From Piromyces finnis finn (Eukaryota > Fungi > Neocallimastigomycota), in assembly GCA_002104945.1 (NCBI GenBank), contig MCFH01000001.1, positions 1,612,001-1,676,000 on the forward strand: a stretch of 64,000 nt of DNA, read 5' to 3'. The notes under the pieces are model-generated. The model was given only the letters and a program-made list of their open reading frames with translations, was not told the DNA's origin and ran no database searches. The translations under genes and the position numbers were made by a program. Below are positions 39,573 to 53,023 of the stretch, piece after piece (position 1 is the stretch's first letter; every line of letters begins with the position of its first letter).

Positions 39573-42500
39573 GCTTTTTTAACTAGTTGGATTTCATTTT
39601 AAAAAATTATATATAAATCTATGTTGAATTGAAAAGCTTGTTAAAATTAAAAATCCTTTTATATATATATATTTTATTAATATTTCATTTTAATTCATTT
39701 TTATTTTACCTATTTTTATATATAACTTTAATTTTTATTTATTTAAATTTTCCATATTCATAACTATACTTTATTCTTGTAATAAAAGAAAATCAAATAA
39801 AACACATACTTATTCACAAATAGTAAATATTGAATATTTAAAGTAGTTTTATACATAGATATGTTTTATTACATATATTACTTAAGTATTTAATAATAAA
39901 AATTATATATTTGTTTTGATTTATTTTTTAAAAGGAAAATATTATTTCTTTATTCCATTTTTTAATAATTTGCTTTGAATAGAACATATTATTTATATTT
40001 TTCAAATAAAAAAATATTATAAATCATTTGAAATATTTTCTTGTTTTATTTTATTTTTTTATTTTTTTTTTTTATTTTTATCAACTTGGCTCCTCATAAT
40101 AGTTTAAAATAACAATATATAAACTTTAAATATTAGTTTTTAAATTTTATGTTTTTCATTACTTTATAAATTATTTTGTTTCATCAATTAACAAAAAGTT
40201 TTGTACACTTTTAATTTATTTTTAATACTTTTAAATCGAAATAAATTATAAAGTTTTTTTTTAAATATACTTTTTATTTATGTAAATTATATTTTATTAT
40301 AATATGTATTATATAAATTCAAATTTTTTTATAAAAAATGATAATTAGATAAAAAATTTTAAAACTTAATATTAAAAAAAAAAAACAATTCTAAAATATA
40401 TGATATATATATATACAAAAATGAGATTTCTTTATATACAAATAGCATAACATAAAAAAGTAATGACTATTTAATAAAAAAAAACAATGTTTAATATATA
40501 GGAAAATTTAAAATATTGACCAAGAAATTCATATAATATTTAAATAACCTAATTGGTTAATATTAAAATTTAGTTGATTAATACTTTTAAATAAAATTTA
40601 CCTTTGTGAAATTGAAATTATTAAATTAATTGAATACTCAACATTTTTTTCCTTTCTTAATAAAAACAACAACTATAATCAACCGGTAGTTATAAAGAAT
40701 AAAGTATTTTTCTTCCAATGATATTATGTTTCATTTGTTAAATGAATTTGTCTTTTTTTTTTAAAAAAAAATTATATGTTAGAAAGTTACTACTTACTGT
40801 TCATTCCTCTTATATATTATTGTAAATTTCATCATTAATCCTTTTTTTTTTAATAAAAAAAAATATGTGCGAAACTATAAAATTAAATTATTTTATGGCC
40901 AATTATCTGGTACAGTATCAAGATTAATTTTTGGAATTAAAACTATTTTAATAAGATAACCACTACTATAATAAAAGTAGATAGAAATTGACATAAATAA
41001 AATGAAGTATAATGGAAGTCTATAATATATATAATAGTATAAAAAAATTTAAAATTAGAAAAGTTATAATTCCTAACTAAATAAATAATTAAACTAAACC
41101 ATTCGATTAAAAAGAAATGATATAATTTCAAAATAAATTAATATTATCCATAATAGAATTAATTATAATTAATATAATATGCATAAAATAATATATAAAG
41201 TATTTAATAATACATTATACATAAATATATTAACAAAAGAAAAAAGAAAAAATATATTGAGAACATTTTTTCATATTATTTTGCAAAAATAACTTATTTT
41301 AATTTTTTCAAGCATATATATTTTAATATTTATATTTGATATTTATTCATCATTTTACAAGTGCTATATTTTAAAAAGTAAAATTTAATCGAAAAATTTA
41401 TAGTTATTTTTAAAGTTTCATTCATTAACAATTTTTTAATCTATTGAAATTGATTCAACATTAATAACTCTAATGATTTGTGATTTACCTTTTAATAATA
41501 ATATAAATATTAAAATAAAAACCCAAAATTATATTGAATAAAAAAATTACAATAATAAAAATACATATTAATTAATAATTATTATTAAATACTGATATTT
41601 CATTTTTTTAATAACAATTTTTTTATATAAAATACACTTTTTTTTTTTTGTTGTTGTTATTTTATTTACTTTTAAGTCTTTATTTTTTTCTTTTTTTTAA
41701 CTTTGATTCCTTTAAAATTGATGTTTTCTTATAATTTTTTTTATGAATAACTTTATACAAATTTAAATATTTTAATATTATTTTAATATTATATTATATA
41801 TATAATTATAATGTAGTGTAAATCATATTTTATATTTATATATTTATTGATTTTTGCAATATACTAGATTAAAAAAAAAATAAAAGTTTTTTATTTTTAA
41901 AAAAATTAGCATGATTAATATATTTTTAATTGTATGGATAATAGATGATATATATACTATTTATTAATATGATTGAATTCTAATGTGTTGGGAATTTATA
42001 TTTATATTGATGTTTTATTCATTTTCTTTCAAATTAGTTTTTTTTTTCTTTCTTTTCTATTGATGAATTCATTTGTTTAAATCATATTATATTTAATTAT
42101 GTTATTTTATAATCAATATATGTTCCCTATACTACTAATTTTATAAAGTGGTAAAAAGTTATACAATATGAAAAAAATGTCTCTTTTTTTTTTTTTCTTT
42201 TTTTTTTTATCTTAAATGTATATTATATATAATGAGATATATATATAAATATACTATACTATTGGATTCATATTTAGATTTTTCTACTTTTTTTTCCCCT
42301 TTTTTCTTTTAATAAATAAAATTCACATATTAAAATATGGAATAAAAAAAAAAAAAAAACCGAAAATAAATCCAATAAAATTATATATTATTTTATATTA
42401 TATATATTGTTAATTCTTTCATTTAATAGAAATATATATTCATTACTTCTATTAAAGAATTTTTTATCATTTTTTAATAATTGAAATATTTTTATCATTT

Positions 42501-42582
42501 TTTTCTTTTTTCATTTATAGTGAATATAAATTATACTTTCTTTAAAAAAAATGAAATAATTATAGTTTATATGTTAGTATGA

Positions 42583-45500
42583 TTACTTTTTAAGAAGTTC
42601 ATAGGTAGTTTCAACGGTAGTTTCAGTATAATTGGAATAGTTATTAAAACTACTTTCATTGTGACCACTACCACAAGCATGTTCTTCGTTACCAGAAGAT
42701 TCAAAAGAAATTAGATGATTAATTTTACTCTTTTCTTCTTCCTTTTTCTTCTTTTCAATTTCAATCTTCATTCTTTCTTCTTCTTCCTTTTTCTTCTTTT
42801 CAATTTCAATCTTTTTTCTTTCTTCTTCTTCCTTTTTCTTCTTTTCAGATTCCTTTTTCTTCTTTTCTTCTTCTTCCTTCTTCTTCTTTTCAGATTCCTT
42901 TTTCTTTTTTTCTTCTTCTTCTTTTTTCTTCTTTTCAGAGTCTTTATCACCTTCTTTTTTTTCTTTCTTTTTCTTTTCTTCTTCTTTCTTCTTCTTTTCA
43001 GATTCTTTTTTCTTCTTTTCTTCTTCTTCCTTCTTCTTCTTTTCAGATTCCTTCTTTTTCTTTTCTTCTTCTTCCTTCTTCTTCTTTTCAGATTCCTTCT
43101 TTTTCTTTTCTTCTTCTTCCTTCTTTTTTTTTTCAGATTCCTTCTTTTTTTTTTCTTCTTCAGCAGTTACTGTTTGAGAAATAACATGATAAGTTTTTCC
43201 AGTTTTATCGTCAGTGTATTGGTAGTCTTCAGATTTTTTACCAGAAGAGCTTTCGGATACAATATGCTCAGTAGTTACAATTTTATTTTTTTCAGATTCT
43301 TTACATTTTGATGGAACGATTTCATTGCTATTGGAAACATTACTTTTGTTGTTTGTAGTTGTTGTAGTTTTCACAGTTTTCTTAATAATTCTTGGTCCGT
43401 CAGATTCAGCTTGAATTTCTTTTACTTTTTCTTTTCTTTTATGTTCATTTTCACTGTCTGAGCTACTTGAACTACTGCTGGAACTGCTACTGCTAGAACT
43501 GCTACTACTGGAGCTGCTTCTGTGATGATGATACTTTTTAGAAAGTTCTATGACTCTTTTTCTTTTATAAATACCAGAATCAGAATCAGAATCAGATAAG
43601 GATGAAGATGAAGATGAAGATGAGGATGAAGATGAACCATTAACAATAACTATAGATCTTCTATTGTAGTATTCACTATCAGAATCAGAATCAGATGAAG
43701 AAGATGATGATGATGAAGATGAAGATGAAGATGAAGATGAAGAATCATTAACTATCTTAATAGTTTCAAGTAATTGCTTACAATGATGCTTTTTTGGAAT
43801 ACTTCTTCTCTTTACACGTCTTGTAATAATTTCAGGAGTATATTGATATTCTTCATCAGAAGAGGAAGATGAAGAAGAAGAGGAAGAGGAGGAGGAGGAA
43901 GAAGAAGTATGAACTCTCTTAATTGTTGATAAAATATGGTGATGATGTGATGGAACATAACGATGATGATGGTGATGGTGTGGTAATGAGATTGGATGAG
44001 AAGTAGCAGCAATAGCATTTAATTTTCTTTGTTGTTCATGAATTAATATTGATTGATCTTCAATCTTTTTCTCTTGTTCAGAACAAATCTTATTTAAATC
44101 AAGTATACGCTTTTCTTGCTTTTTAATGTAACTTTCTAAGTCTTTAATGTGTCTATCTTTATCATGAAGCTTGTGATGAAGACCATCGATTACACTATTT
44201 TGTTTATCAATACAAATCTTTTGTTCGAGGTTAATTTTTTGAAGAGCTTTAATTTGATCATTTAACTTCTTAATTTGGTCATTTAATTTCTTGATTTCAG
44301 CCAATTGTTTTTCATTAGTTTTAACTTGACCGTTTAATTTATGAAGAAGTTCATCATATTCATCACGAAGTTTTCTAATCTCATCTTTAAGGATATGAAT
44401 TTCATGTTCCTTCTTAGCAATATCATCAATCTGGCGGGCTTTAATATCTTTAGACTTGGCGTATTTTCCCTTAAGGATATCAAGTCTCTTTTGGAAAAGG
44501 AAAAGATCATCTTCTTGATTCTTAATAGTGTCTTCATACCACTTTCTTAGCTTTTCGAATAATTCCTTTTCGATATTACTATCTCTCTGTTTTTCATCTT
44601 GTAACTTAATTAAAGTATCGATTGCATTTCTGATACTTTCTGGATAAACAACATGTTTAGGCTTAACGAGAGAAAGATTGAGAGTAGAAGAGAAAATTTC
44701 TTCATTATCATCCTCTAAATCAACTAAACTATTTCTTTTATAATGATGATGGTGTTGGAATGGATTTTCCTTATGGCCAATTAAATTGAGATTTACATTA
44801 CTAATTGGTGGAACCTTGTTGTTTTCTTCAATCTTAGCTTCAGATGTATGGACGTTGAAAACTGTAATTGGTTCTTGTTCGTTACCAGATTCTGGATTAA
44901 TGACAGGTGTAGATTGACTTTCTGGTTTAAGAATTGGAGAAAGGATTTTGCTGTTCTTTTCTGGTTTCTTTTCTGACTTTTTTATTTCATTGATTTTAGA
45001 ATTATTAACGGTACTGGTGATAATTTTATCTTCAGCATTCTCAGTTTGAGCTGGGGCAGATGGAATGAAAGGTGGTATTGGACCAGCAGCTGGAGCAACT
45101 TGACTATAATAATATGGATATGGATAGTGTTGAAATTGTGGTTGTGGTTGTGGTTGTGGTGGGTAGGGATGATGAATTGGCACGAAACCTGGACCATGAT
45201 GCATTAAAGGATCAATTGTTGGTGGTGGTAAAACTAGAAGAGAGTTATTAACTTCTCTATAATCTTCTTTAATGTGACTATTTTCATTATCATCATTATT
45301 AAATACAATTTTCGATTGTCTTTTAGTTGGTTTTGGTACACTACTAATTTTCTTTGTTTTCTTGCAAGAAAAGTTATCATTAACCGGTGGTGGAACATAT
45401 CTTCTGTATTCAACTTCACTATCACTACTTTCAGCAGCATCATAAGCTTCACGAGTAGTATATTTTAAATATGATGGTTCTCTAAAAGAACTACGACGTT

Positions 45501-46044
45501 TATCCTTTGATGGTACAGCATATCTTTCTTCATCACTACTAGATTCACTACTAGATTCACTACCAGATTCACTACTAGTATCTCTATCTCTTATAGTCAT
45601 TAATTTTTGTGAAACAGTATCAGCAAATTTTTTTTCTTTTTCTAACTTTTCTAATTCAGAATCGCTTGATTCATCACGGAAAGTAAATTTTGGCTTAATA
45701 TTAGTTGCTGGTTTTGAAGAAGGTTGGTTGAGTTGAACTATAAAAGAAGAACGCTTGGAAGATGGAATAGAATCCCTTTTAATAACACTATTTAATAATT
45801 TACCATTGATTTCTTCATCAGAAGATTCTTCTTGATTTCTATAGCTGTAGCTACTACTATTACTTGAAGAAGAAGAAGAAGGATTTCTGTTTTCAACTTG
45901 TTCAATTGTTGAAACATCAATTTCAGTTGTAGAAAGGTTTACTCTTTTTTTTTCATCTTTTGTTTCTGGTTTGCAGATTGGATAAAGGAATTCATCAAAA
46001 ATTTGAGTATCTGTATAATACTGTGAATATTTGTCAGACATCAT
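42583..46044 (-). CDS. Intronless 1153-aa low-complexity protein: ESSD motifs, Pro-rich segment, central coiled coil, His and poly-Ser blocks, Lys/Glu repeats; function unknown
   Basis: Uninterrupted 3.46-kb ORF, clearly GC-richer than flanking DNA, ATG preceded by an A-rich context. Confidence 0.88.
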   Translation of the reverse strand: MMSDKYSQYYTDTQIFDEFLYPICKPETKDEKKRVNLSTTEIDVSTIEQVENRNPSSSSSSNSSSYSYRNQEESSDEEINGKLLNSVIKRDSIPSSKRSSFIVQLNQPSSKPATNIKPKFTFRDESSDSELEKLEKEKKFADTVSQKLMTIRDRDTSSESGSESSSESSSDEERYAVPSKDKRRSSFREPSYLKYTTREAYDAAESSDSEVEYRRYVPPPVNDNFSCKKTKKISSVPKPTKRQSKIVFNNDDNENSHIKEDYREVNNSLLVLPPPTIDPLMHHGPGFVPIHHPYPPQPQPQPQFQHYPYPYYYSQVAPAAGPIPPFIPSAPAQTENAEDKIITSTVNNSKINEIKKSEKKPEKNSKILSPILKPESQSTPVINPESGNEQEPITVFNVHTSEAKIEENNKVPPISNVNLNLIGHKENPFQHHHHYKRNSLVDLEDDNEEIFSSTLNLSLVKPKHVVYPESIRNAIDTLIKLQDEKQRDSNIEKELFEKLRKWYEDTIKNQEDDLFLFQKRLDILKGKYAKSKDIKARQIDDIAKKEHEIHILKDEIRKLRDEYDELLHKLNGQVKTNEKQLAEIKKLNDQIKKLNDQIKALQKINLEQKICIDKQNSVIDGLHHKLHDKDRHIKDLESYIKKQEKRILDLNKICSEQEKKIEDQSILIHEQQRKLNAIAATSHPISLPHHHHHHRYVPSHHHHILSTIKRVHTSSSSSSSSSSSSSSSSDEEYQYTPEIITRRVKRRSIPKKHHCKQLLETIKIVNDSSSSSSSSSSSSSSSSSDSDSDSEYYNRRSIVIVNGSSSSSSSSSSSSLSDSDSDSGIYKRKRVIELSKKYHHHRSSSSSSSSSSSSSSSSSSSSDSENEHKRKEKVKEIQAESDGPRIIKKTVKTTTTTNNKSNVSNSNEIVPSKCKESEKNKIVTTEHIVSESSSGKKSEDYQYTDDKTGKTYHVISQTVTAEEEKKKKESEKKKKEEEEKKKKESEKKKKEEEEKKKKESEKKKKEEEEKKKKESEKKKKEEEKKKKEKKEGDKDSEKKKKEEEEKKKKESEKKKKEEEEKKKKESEKKKKEEEERKKIEIEKKKKEEEERMKIEIEKKKKEEEKSKINHLISFESSGNEEHACGSGHNESSFNNYSNYTETTVETTYELLKK
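42720..43160 (-). repeat. Coding repeat of about nine 45-nt units encoding KKKKESEKKKKEEEE (variants DSE, EIE)
   Basis: Directly visible; cagattc recurs at 45-nt spacing (e.g. 42846, 42891). Confidence 0.9.
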
Positions 46045-48511
46045 TTTTTACTACTGTTATGAATATATAGTAAAAATAAATTATTTAGTACATTTTTTTA
46101 ATATCTATCTTTATATTTATTTAAAAATATAAATATTTTATTATATAATTTTAATTTTTTATCAAAAAAATTCATTAAAGAATAATAACATATATTGTTT
46201 ATTGACATTATTAAAATTGAAATTTCAAATAATATTGCTTAAATAATTATTATTTATCTCGTTTACATTTACTAATATTTTATTATAAATAATATTATAA
46301 GTAATTTATATTTATTTAAATAACATTTATCATTGCATTTATATGCTTTCTTTTTCATATTGCTTTATTCATATAATGGTTTAATATTTATGAATTTTGA
46401 TTCTTCAAAAAATTACCTTTTATTTCCAAAAGATTTCAAAGCAAATGATTTTAAAATAGTTTTTATTAATTATTATAATATATATAATGTTAAATTGTTA
46501 TTAAAAATTAGAAATGAAAATAGAATAAAAAGTGACAAGATTAAAGCTTGTTTCTATTATTTTCTTTTTTATGTTATTTATTTATAAATTATAAAAATTT
46601 ATTTAATAAAACATTAATTCAGAAAACTAATAAGTTTTATTTTATAGAAATCTATAATTTTATAATGCTAATATTATTTTTACTATTAATATAATAGATT
46701 AAAACTTATTTTTTTTCAAATGATATTATAATAATTATTTCTAATTATATAATATTTTTTTTTATTTTAAAGATTTAATTTTAAAATAAAAAAATAAAAT
46801 TATTTTTAAACAAAACACATTTATAGTAATACAAAATTTTTAATACATTAATTTGGTAAAATAAGTTAATTTAGCCATACTTTTAACAATACTTAAATAA
46901 TATAAATGTAACAATTTTGTAATTTTAAATTAAAATTTTATTTATATTTTTATATATATTCCTTTAACATCAATTTAATTTATTAAAATATATAAGAATC
47001 AATGGATTGAATTACTTTTTTAAATATATGTAATATATAATTTAATATATTATATTTTTATTGTATTATTTATTGAAATATATTGATTTTAATTATATTA
47101 CATTGATTTAAATGATACTAAAAGTATAAAATGGCAATATATATAAGTAAATTGAAATAAAAAAAAAAATAAAAAATAAAATAGGTGATACAACGCGGTG
47201 ACCCCATTTTTAATAAAGAATTATTATGGAGTATACATGAATATATTTACAGGTTATATTTTTTAAAAAATATACTGGATATGGAATATATTTTTAATAT
47301 CATGATTTCTTTTATTCTATTACATATTATATGTTTATTTAATCAAATAAAATCTAGACTGTGAAATAGTAATAAATAATAATAGTCTGTGAAATAATCT
47401 TACATAAACAATCACTTCAATATATATGAAGCATAACTATAATTTAGTATTTATTGAGAAATAGCTAGTATATTAAAAAATCAATTTATAAATACCAACA
47501 ATAGCATTTCTTTGATAATTTAATTATCAATTTTTTTTATAGAAACAGATAATAATCTTATTAACTTTTAATTTCAATAGAAATTTTTATATAGCAATAA
47601 TAATATTGATTATACTTTTATTTTTTCTTTTTTGTTTATTAATAATTAGAGCTATTAATGTATATTGTTATTTTTGTTTTAATACATATGTAAAAATAAC
47701 GGTTATAGTTTTATGTACATTATTTCTATTAACATTCATAAGTTATTATTCTACGGCATTAATAATTTTATATAAACTTATTTAAATATCATAATAATAA
47801 TAATATTAAAAAAATTCTAAATGTTAAATTTTTTAATAATTTAGCATTAATTTATTAATTATTTGATATATATAATTTAATTAAAAATGATTATTTACTT
47901 TTAATTTTATTGGTAGGTGATAATTATTATATATGGATCATCCACTAGAAATTAAACAAAAAATTAATTTAAAAAATTAATATAATATTTTTTATAAATT
48001 TGAAATACAATATTCTTTATATATAATATTCGTGGATTAATTTCTAAGCAATATTTAAATATTGAACTTTACAAAGTTATTTCTGAAAGAATAAAAATAA
48101 AAATTATTTTTTGTTGAAATTAGCTTCTGTTATGAAATGTTTTATTTTATATATGCGATAATGAAGAAAAGATATTAAATTTATTTTATTTCTAATAATA
48201 AATAAGAACATTTACATTATTAAAACAATATATTATTTTTTATAATTAATAAACATTCTCTTAATTTATGTTTGGTTATATTTTTGAAATTGTAAAATAT
48301 TAATAAGAAACATCATAATTTATATGATTTAAATAATCATTAATTTAATTATTAATTAATAGCAAAATATAAAATAAAAATTAGTGTTTATATTTTATTA
48401 TTATAATTTCAACTGGATTTAATATTTGTTTTACTTTTATAACAAAATTAATATGTGTTTGAATCATTTTAATAAATGTTTTATATAAATGTAAAATATT
48501 TATATTTATAT

Positions 48512-48852
<341 letters not shown>

Positions 48853-50060
48853 TAAAGTTCAATTATACTTTTTAAAGTATTTTCTTTCAATACTTCTCAT
48901 TTATTTTTATTTAATATTTAATATTATGATAATAAAATTAATTGTATAATAGTATAAAATATTATAACTATTATTACAATTTAAATTTATGTTACTCCAT
49001 TTATATAATATTAGTTTAAGTCAAATAAATTAAAAGATAATATATTATAATATATTAATTCTATTACATTTAAAGTTTAGAAAAAATTTTCAACATCATT
49101 GCCACCTATACTACTTTTTAATAATATAAATAAAGTTTCTTATTAGTAAATTAATAAATATATATTTATATTCTTTAAGCAATATTAACACCTAAAACAA
49201 AGAAAATATATTTTAATGGTGTCATTACATTTCGAATAAGCATGAAATTAAAAGATTTTTTTTAAATATTTCTTTATTATAATAACTTTACTAATTTACC
49301 ATAACTTTTGAATATTTAATAGGTTTTAATTATTAAATAAAATTGCTAAAGTGATAATAAATAAAAAGAATTTATTTTAAAAATATTAAACATGTTTTTA
49401 TATAAAAAATCTATTAATTTAATATTTTTTGATAATGTTCATTTAAAAGTATATAGTAATACAATTGTTATAATAATGCAATATAAATTATTTTCTTCAA
49501 ATTTATGTTTGATGTATATATGTATATATATATACCATCAATTAATCAATAATAAATATATAAATAATTTAAATTATCAAAATTTGAAGGCAATTATAAA
49601 ATATAAAATATGATATTGATTAAAATAGTAATGAATAAATAAATTTGTATAATTGAAATACAAAAAATGAAATGTATAGTATAATAATACTATATTTAAT
49701 TTATTTGAAATTAATAATTTTTTTTTTTTTTGATTTAGTTCTTTGAAATGTTTAAAAAAAAAAAAAAAAAAGAGTTTGTATGAAAGATAAAGAAAGGAAG
49801 AATGATAATGCCTATTTACGCAATTACTATAAAATTACTGTAATAATATTGTGTTTCCTTTCTCTCTCTCTTTTTAAATACATATTTTAAATGTATTTGT
49901 ATTTAATATGACTTACTTCAGAATTTCGACTCATTCTATAGTTTTATTTTCAAATTGTAATTGTTTGATATATATTCTTAGTCACTCATCTACCCCTTCT
50001 TTTTTTTATCGAATTAATTATTTATTGTTTTTTTTTTTTCCTCTTTTAATTGCTTATTTC

Positions 50061-51269
50061 TTATTTTAAATATTTTAATTTTGCTAATTCACGTATTTGT
50101 TTTTGAAGTTGACGATTTATCTCCATATATTTATAATTCATTTTTTTATAATAATTTAATTCATTAAGTTGTTGTTGATTTTTTTCAAATTGAGAAATAA
50201 GCTTTGTACGAAGTTCAGCACTCTGACGACGTTTTAATTCTAATTCTTGTGATAGATGAATGTGATGAGATCTATGTTCTTCTATTTTAGCTTTTTGTTG
50301 AACAATTTCTTTATTAAGACGATCTACTTCTTTCTGTTTTTCACTTAAATGCTGAAGGTTTTGATCAATAATAATTTGTTGAAGACGGGTTTTTTCTTTT
50401 TCATCATTAGCGACTAATTCCAATATCATTTCTTCTTCATCAATATCAAACTTTTCTTTACTATAAATTGGGATTGAATTTTCCATTTTAATAACTGGTT
50501 TTTTCTCCTCATAGTTATTTCCTTTATTTTCTTTTTTTTCACATTCAATAGAATCATCTTTTTTACCATTTTTTTCTTCTGGGCATATTGATGTACAAGC
50601 GCAAGCGGCATTGATATTTGGGTGTGTAGATAAAACATCTTCATCTACTGAACCCATTTCATCAAATTTTTCTTTATTAGTGTTTATATTAATTTTATCT
50701 TTATTTTTATTTTTTTCATTTTCGTTGGCTATTATTATTTTTTTTATACAGCTATCATTCGCGAAAGTTTCTTCTTTTTCATTAATTTTTTTATCATTAG
50801 AATAATTATTTTCTCCATTAAAAAGGTTATATTTTTTCATGAATGAGCTGGTATTCAGATACTTTAATTTTTTAACAACTTCATTTTTCTGCTTTTCATA
50901 AGAACGTTCATTTAATAAGTTGTTATTTTTATTATTAGAAACAAAAAATGTAATATCTTCAGCTTGATTTAGTGCTATTGATTTCACATTTACTTTATTG
51001 TTAAATGAAATGGATGAATCATTACAAATAAAGGTATTATCTTCAATACCATTATTGTTGGTTTTATTATATGAAAATGTAGTGTTTTTTAATTTTGATA
51101 AAGAAATAGCTTTTAGAGGTATTAACAATTTATTGTGGCTATTATAAATATTATTCGCTGAAGAACAAGATAATGCATACTCTATTTCTTTAGTAAGATC
51201 ATGTTTATTAATAAATGTTTGCTTCTTAGTATCATTATGCGTAATAAAGAAACGAATATCACTATACAT
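50061..51269 (-). CDS. Intronless 402-aa protein with Asn/Lys-rich N-terminus and C-terminal coiled-coil domain; paralog of 53024..57073
   Basis: Long uninterrupted ORF; C-terminal 88 aa align without gaps to the neighbouring gene (28 of 88 identical by hand). Confidence 0.85.
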   Translation of the reverse strand: MYSDIRFFITHNDTKKQTFINKHDLTKEIEYALSCSSANNIYNSHNKLLIPLKAISLSKLKNTTFSYNKTNNNGIEDNTFICNDSSISFNNKVNVKSIALNQAEDITFFVSNNKNNNLLNERSYEKQKNEVVKKLKYLNTSSFMKKYNLFNGENNYSNDKKINEKEETFANDSCIKKIIIANENEKNKNKDKININTNKEKFDEMGSVDEDVLSTHPNINAACACTSICPEEKNGKKDDSIECEKKENKGNNYEEKKPVIKMENSIPIYSKEKFDIDEEEMILELVANDEKEKTRLQQIIIDQNLQHLSEKQKEVDRLNKEIVQQKAKIEEHRSHHIHLSQELELKRRQSAELRTKLISQFEKNQQQLNELNYYKKMNYKYMEINRQLQKQIRELAKLKYLK

Positions 51270-51748
51270 ATTTATAATACTATCTCACTAATTATCCTTT
51301 TGTTTTAACCTTTTTTTTTAATTATATCAAATTTTATAGATATAACGTGCTTATTTTTTTTTTTTTTTTTTTTTTGTATTATTAATTTCACAAACAAATA
51401 AAAATAGTATCTTTAGTTTTATTATAAATATTATATTTTTATAAAAAAATTAATACTTGTAATATTTTTATATACTAATATGTTTCTATGTTAATTTCAC
51501 AAATAAATATATTACTATTTTTATTATTTTGTTAATTTTTTTTTCACCTTAAATTTAATTTTTGAAATTTCAATATATTTTAAATTATATTATTTAATAG
51601 CTTTATTTTGATATGTTTGTTACATAGAGATTACAATTCTATTGTTAAAAAATTATTAACAAAATATATTATATACCAAAATAATATGTCGGTATCATGC
51701 TTTATTTAAAGAAAAGAAAAGAAAAAAAAATACATTCTATTTGAAATT

Positions 51749-51783
<35 letters not shown>

Positions 51784-52232
51784 AACTATAAATTTTAATA
51801 AACTATAAATTAAAAATAAGGAAAAAAAAAAAATTTTTTTTCTTCTTTCTGATATATATTGGTTAAATTATAAATTTTAAATTTTAATATATATAAAAAA
51901 CATTTAATTTTAAATATTCAAAAACAAAAAGTACTAAAATATTATTATTTTTTCTCATAATAACAAAAAAAAAGGCTAGCCCTTCTTTAATTTCAATTAA
52001 TAAATATAAAAAAAAGTTAATAAAAAAAATCATTTATTATTACTCTTTTAAAATGCTTTACTAATCCATATATAATAAATAAAATTTTTTTACTTAAATA
52101 AAAAGAAATATTAAATTTGTAAAAGTATTTGTGAAGTATTATATTTTATTTATTTATCTTAAAAATATATATTAATATTTTAATTATATATTTTTAAAGG
52201 ATTTTTTTTGTTTGTTTGTTTTTTTTTTTTTG

Positions 52233-52263
<31 letters not shown>

Positions 52264-52543
52264 TTTTTTTTTTGGCTTTTTGGCTTTTTGGCTTTTTGGC
52301 TCTTTGGAATAATTATCCATAATAATATTATTTTAATAATTTCTATTTTATTCATTAATATTATTTATAAATATTATTTAATGATGGCTTAATATAACTT
52401 TACATATATCATTTGATTTTAATTTACTATTTATATTTATATCATTTTTTGTTATTATTGTTATTATTGTTGTTATCATTATTTTTATGGAAATTTAAGT
52501 ATTTACTATTATGAAATACATATCTCTATTTTAATTATTGTTT

Positions 52544-52576
<33 letters not shown>

Positions 52577-53023
52577 ATTTTTGTGTTAAATTTAAATATC
52601 ATTATATATTTTAGATATGTTAATGATTTTGATTATTTGTCTAAAAAAAATGAAAAAAATAGTGAATGAAAAAAAAAAAAAATAGAGTATGATAATAAGA
52701 AAGATTGATGATGTGTAAAAATAATATAAAAAATATATATACATAAATATATAATTTGATATTGTATATGTAGAGATATATAATATATACGATTTCAGAA
52801 ATGATTGATTAAAAATTAAAGGACAAATAGTATTTTAAAATTATAAAAAAAATAATAAAATATATTTTAAATGTTGATAAAAATTATTTATATATATATA
52901 TATTGTATTATTTCTTATTAAAGTATAAAAGAAATACGATTTATAATTTATTTTATTTTTCTATTTACTTTATTTTATTTTTCTTATTTAATATTAAATA
53001 AGAATATTGTCTGAAATTTTAAC

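Noticed and set aside
40893-41019. Minus-strand exon-like fragment (LPLYFILF...DTVPDNWP*), including a possible TGA formed across a splice junction
   Set aside because: No upstream exon with an ATG or acceptor joins it in frame, and there is no support for selenocysteine read-through; compatible with chance in AT-rich DNA.
42715-43311. Phe/Leu-rich 198-aa plus-strand ORF
   Set aside because: Antisense of the Lys/Glu repeat of the 1153-aa gene.
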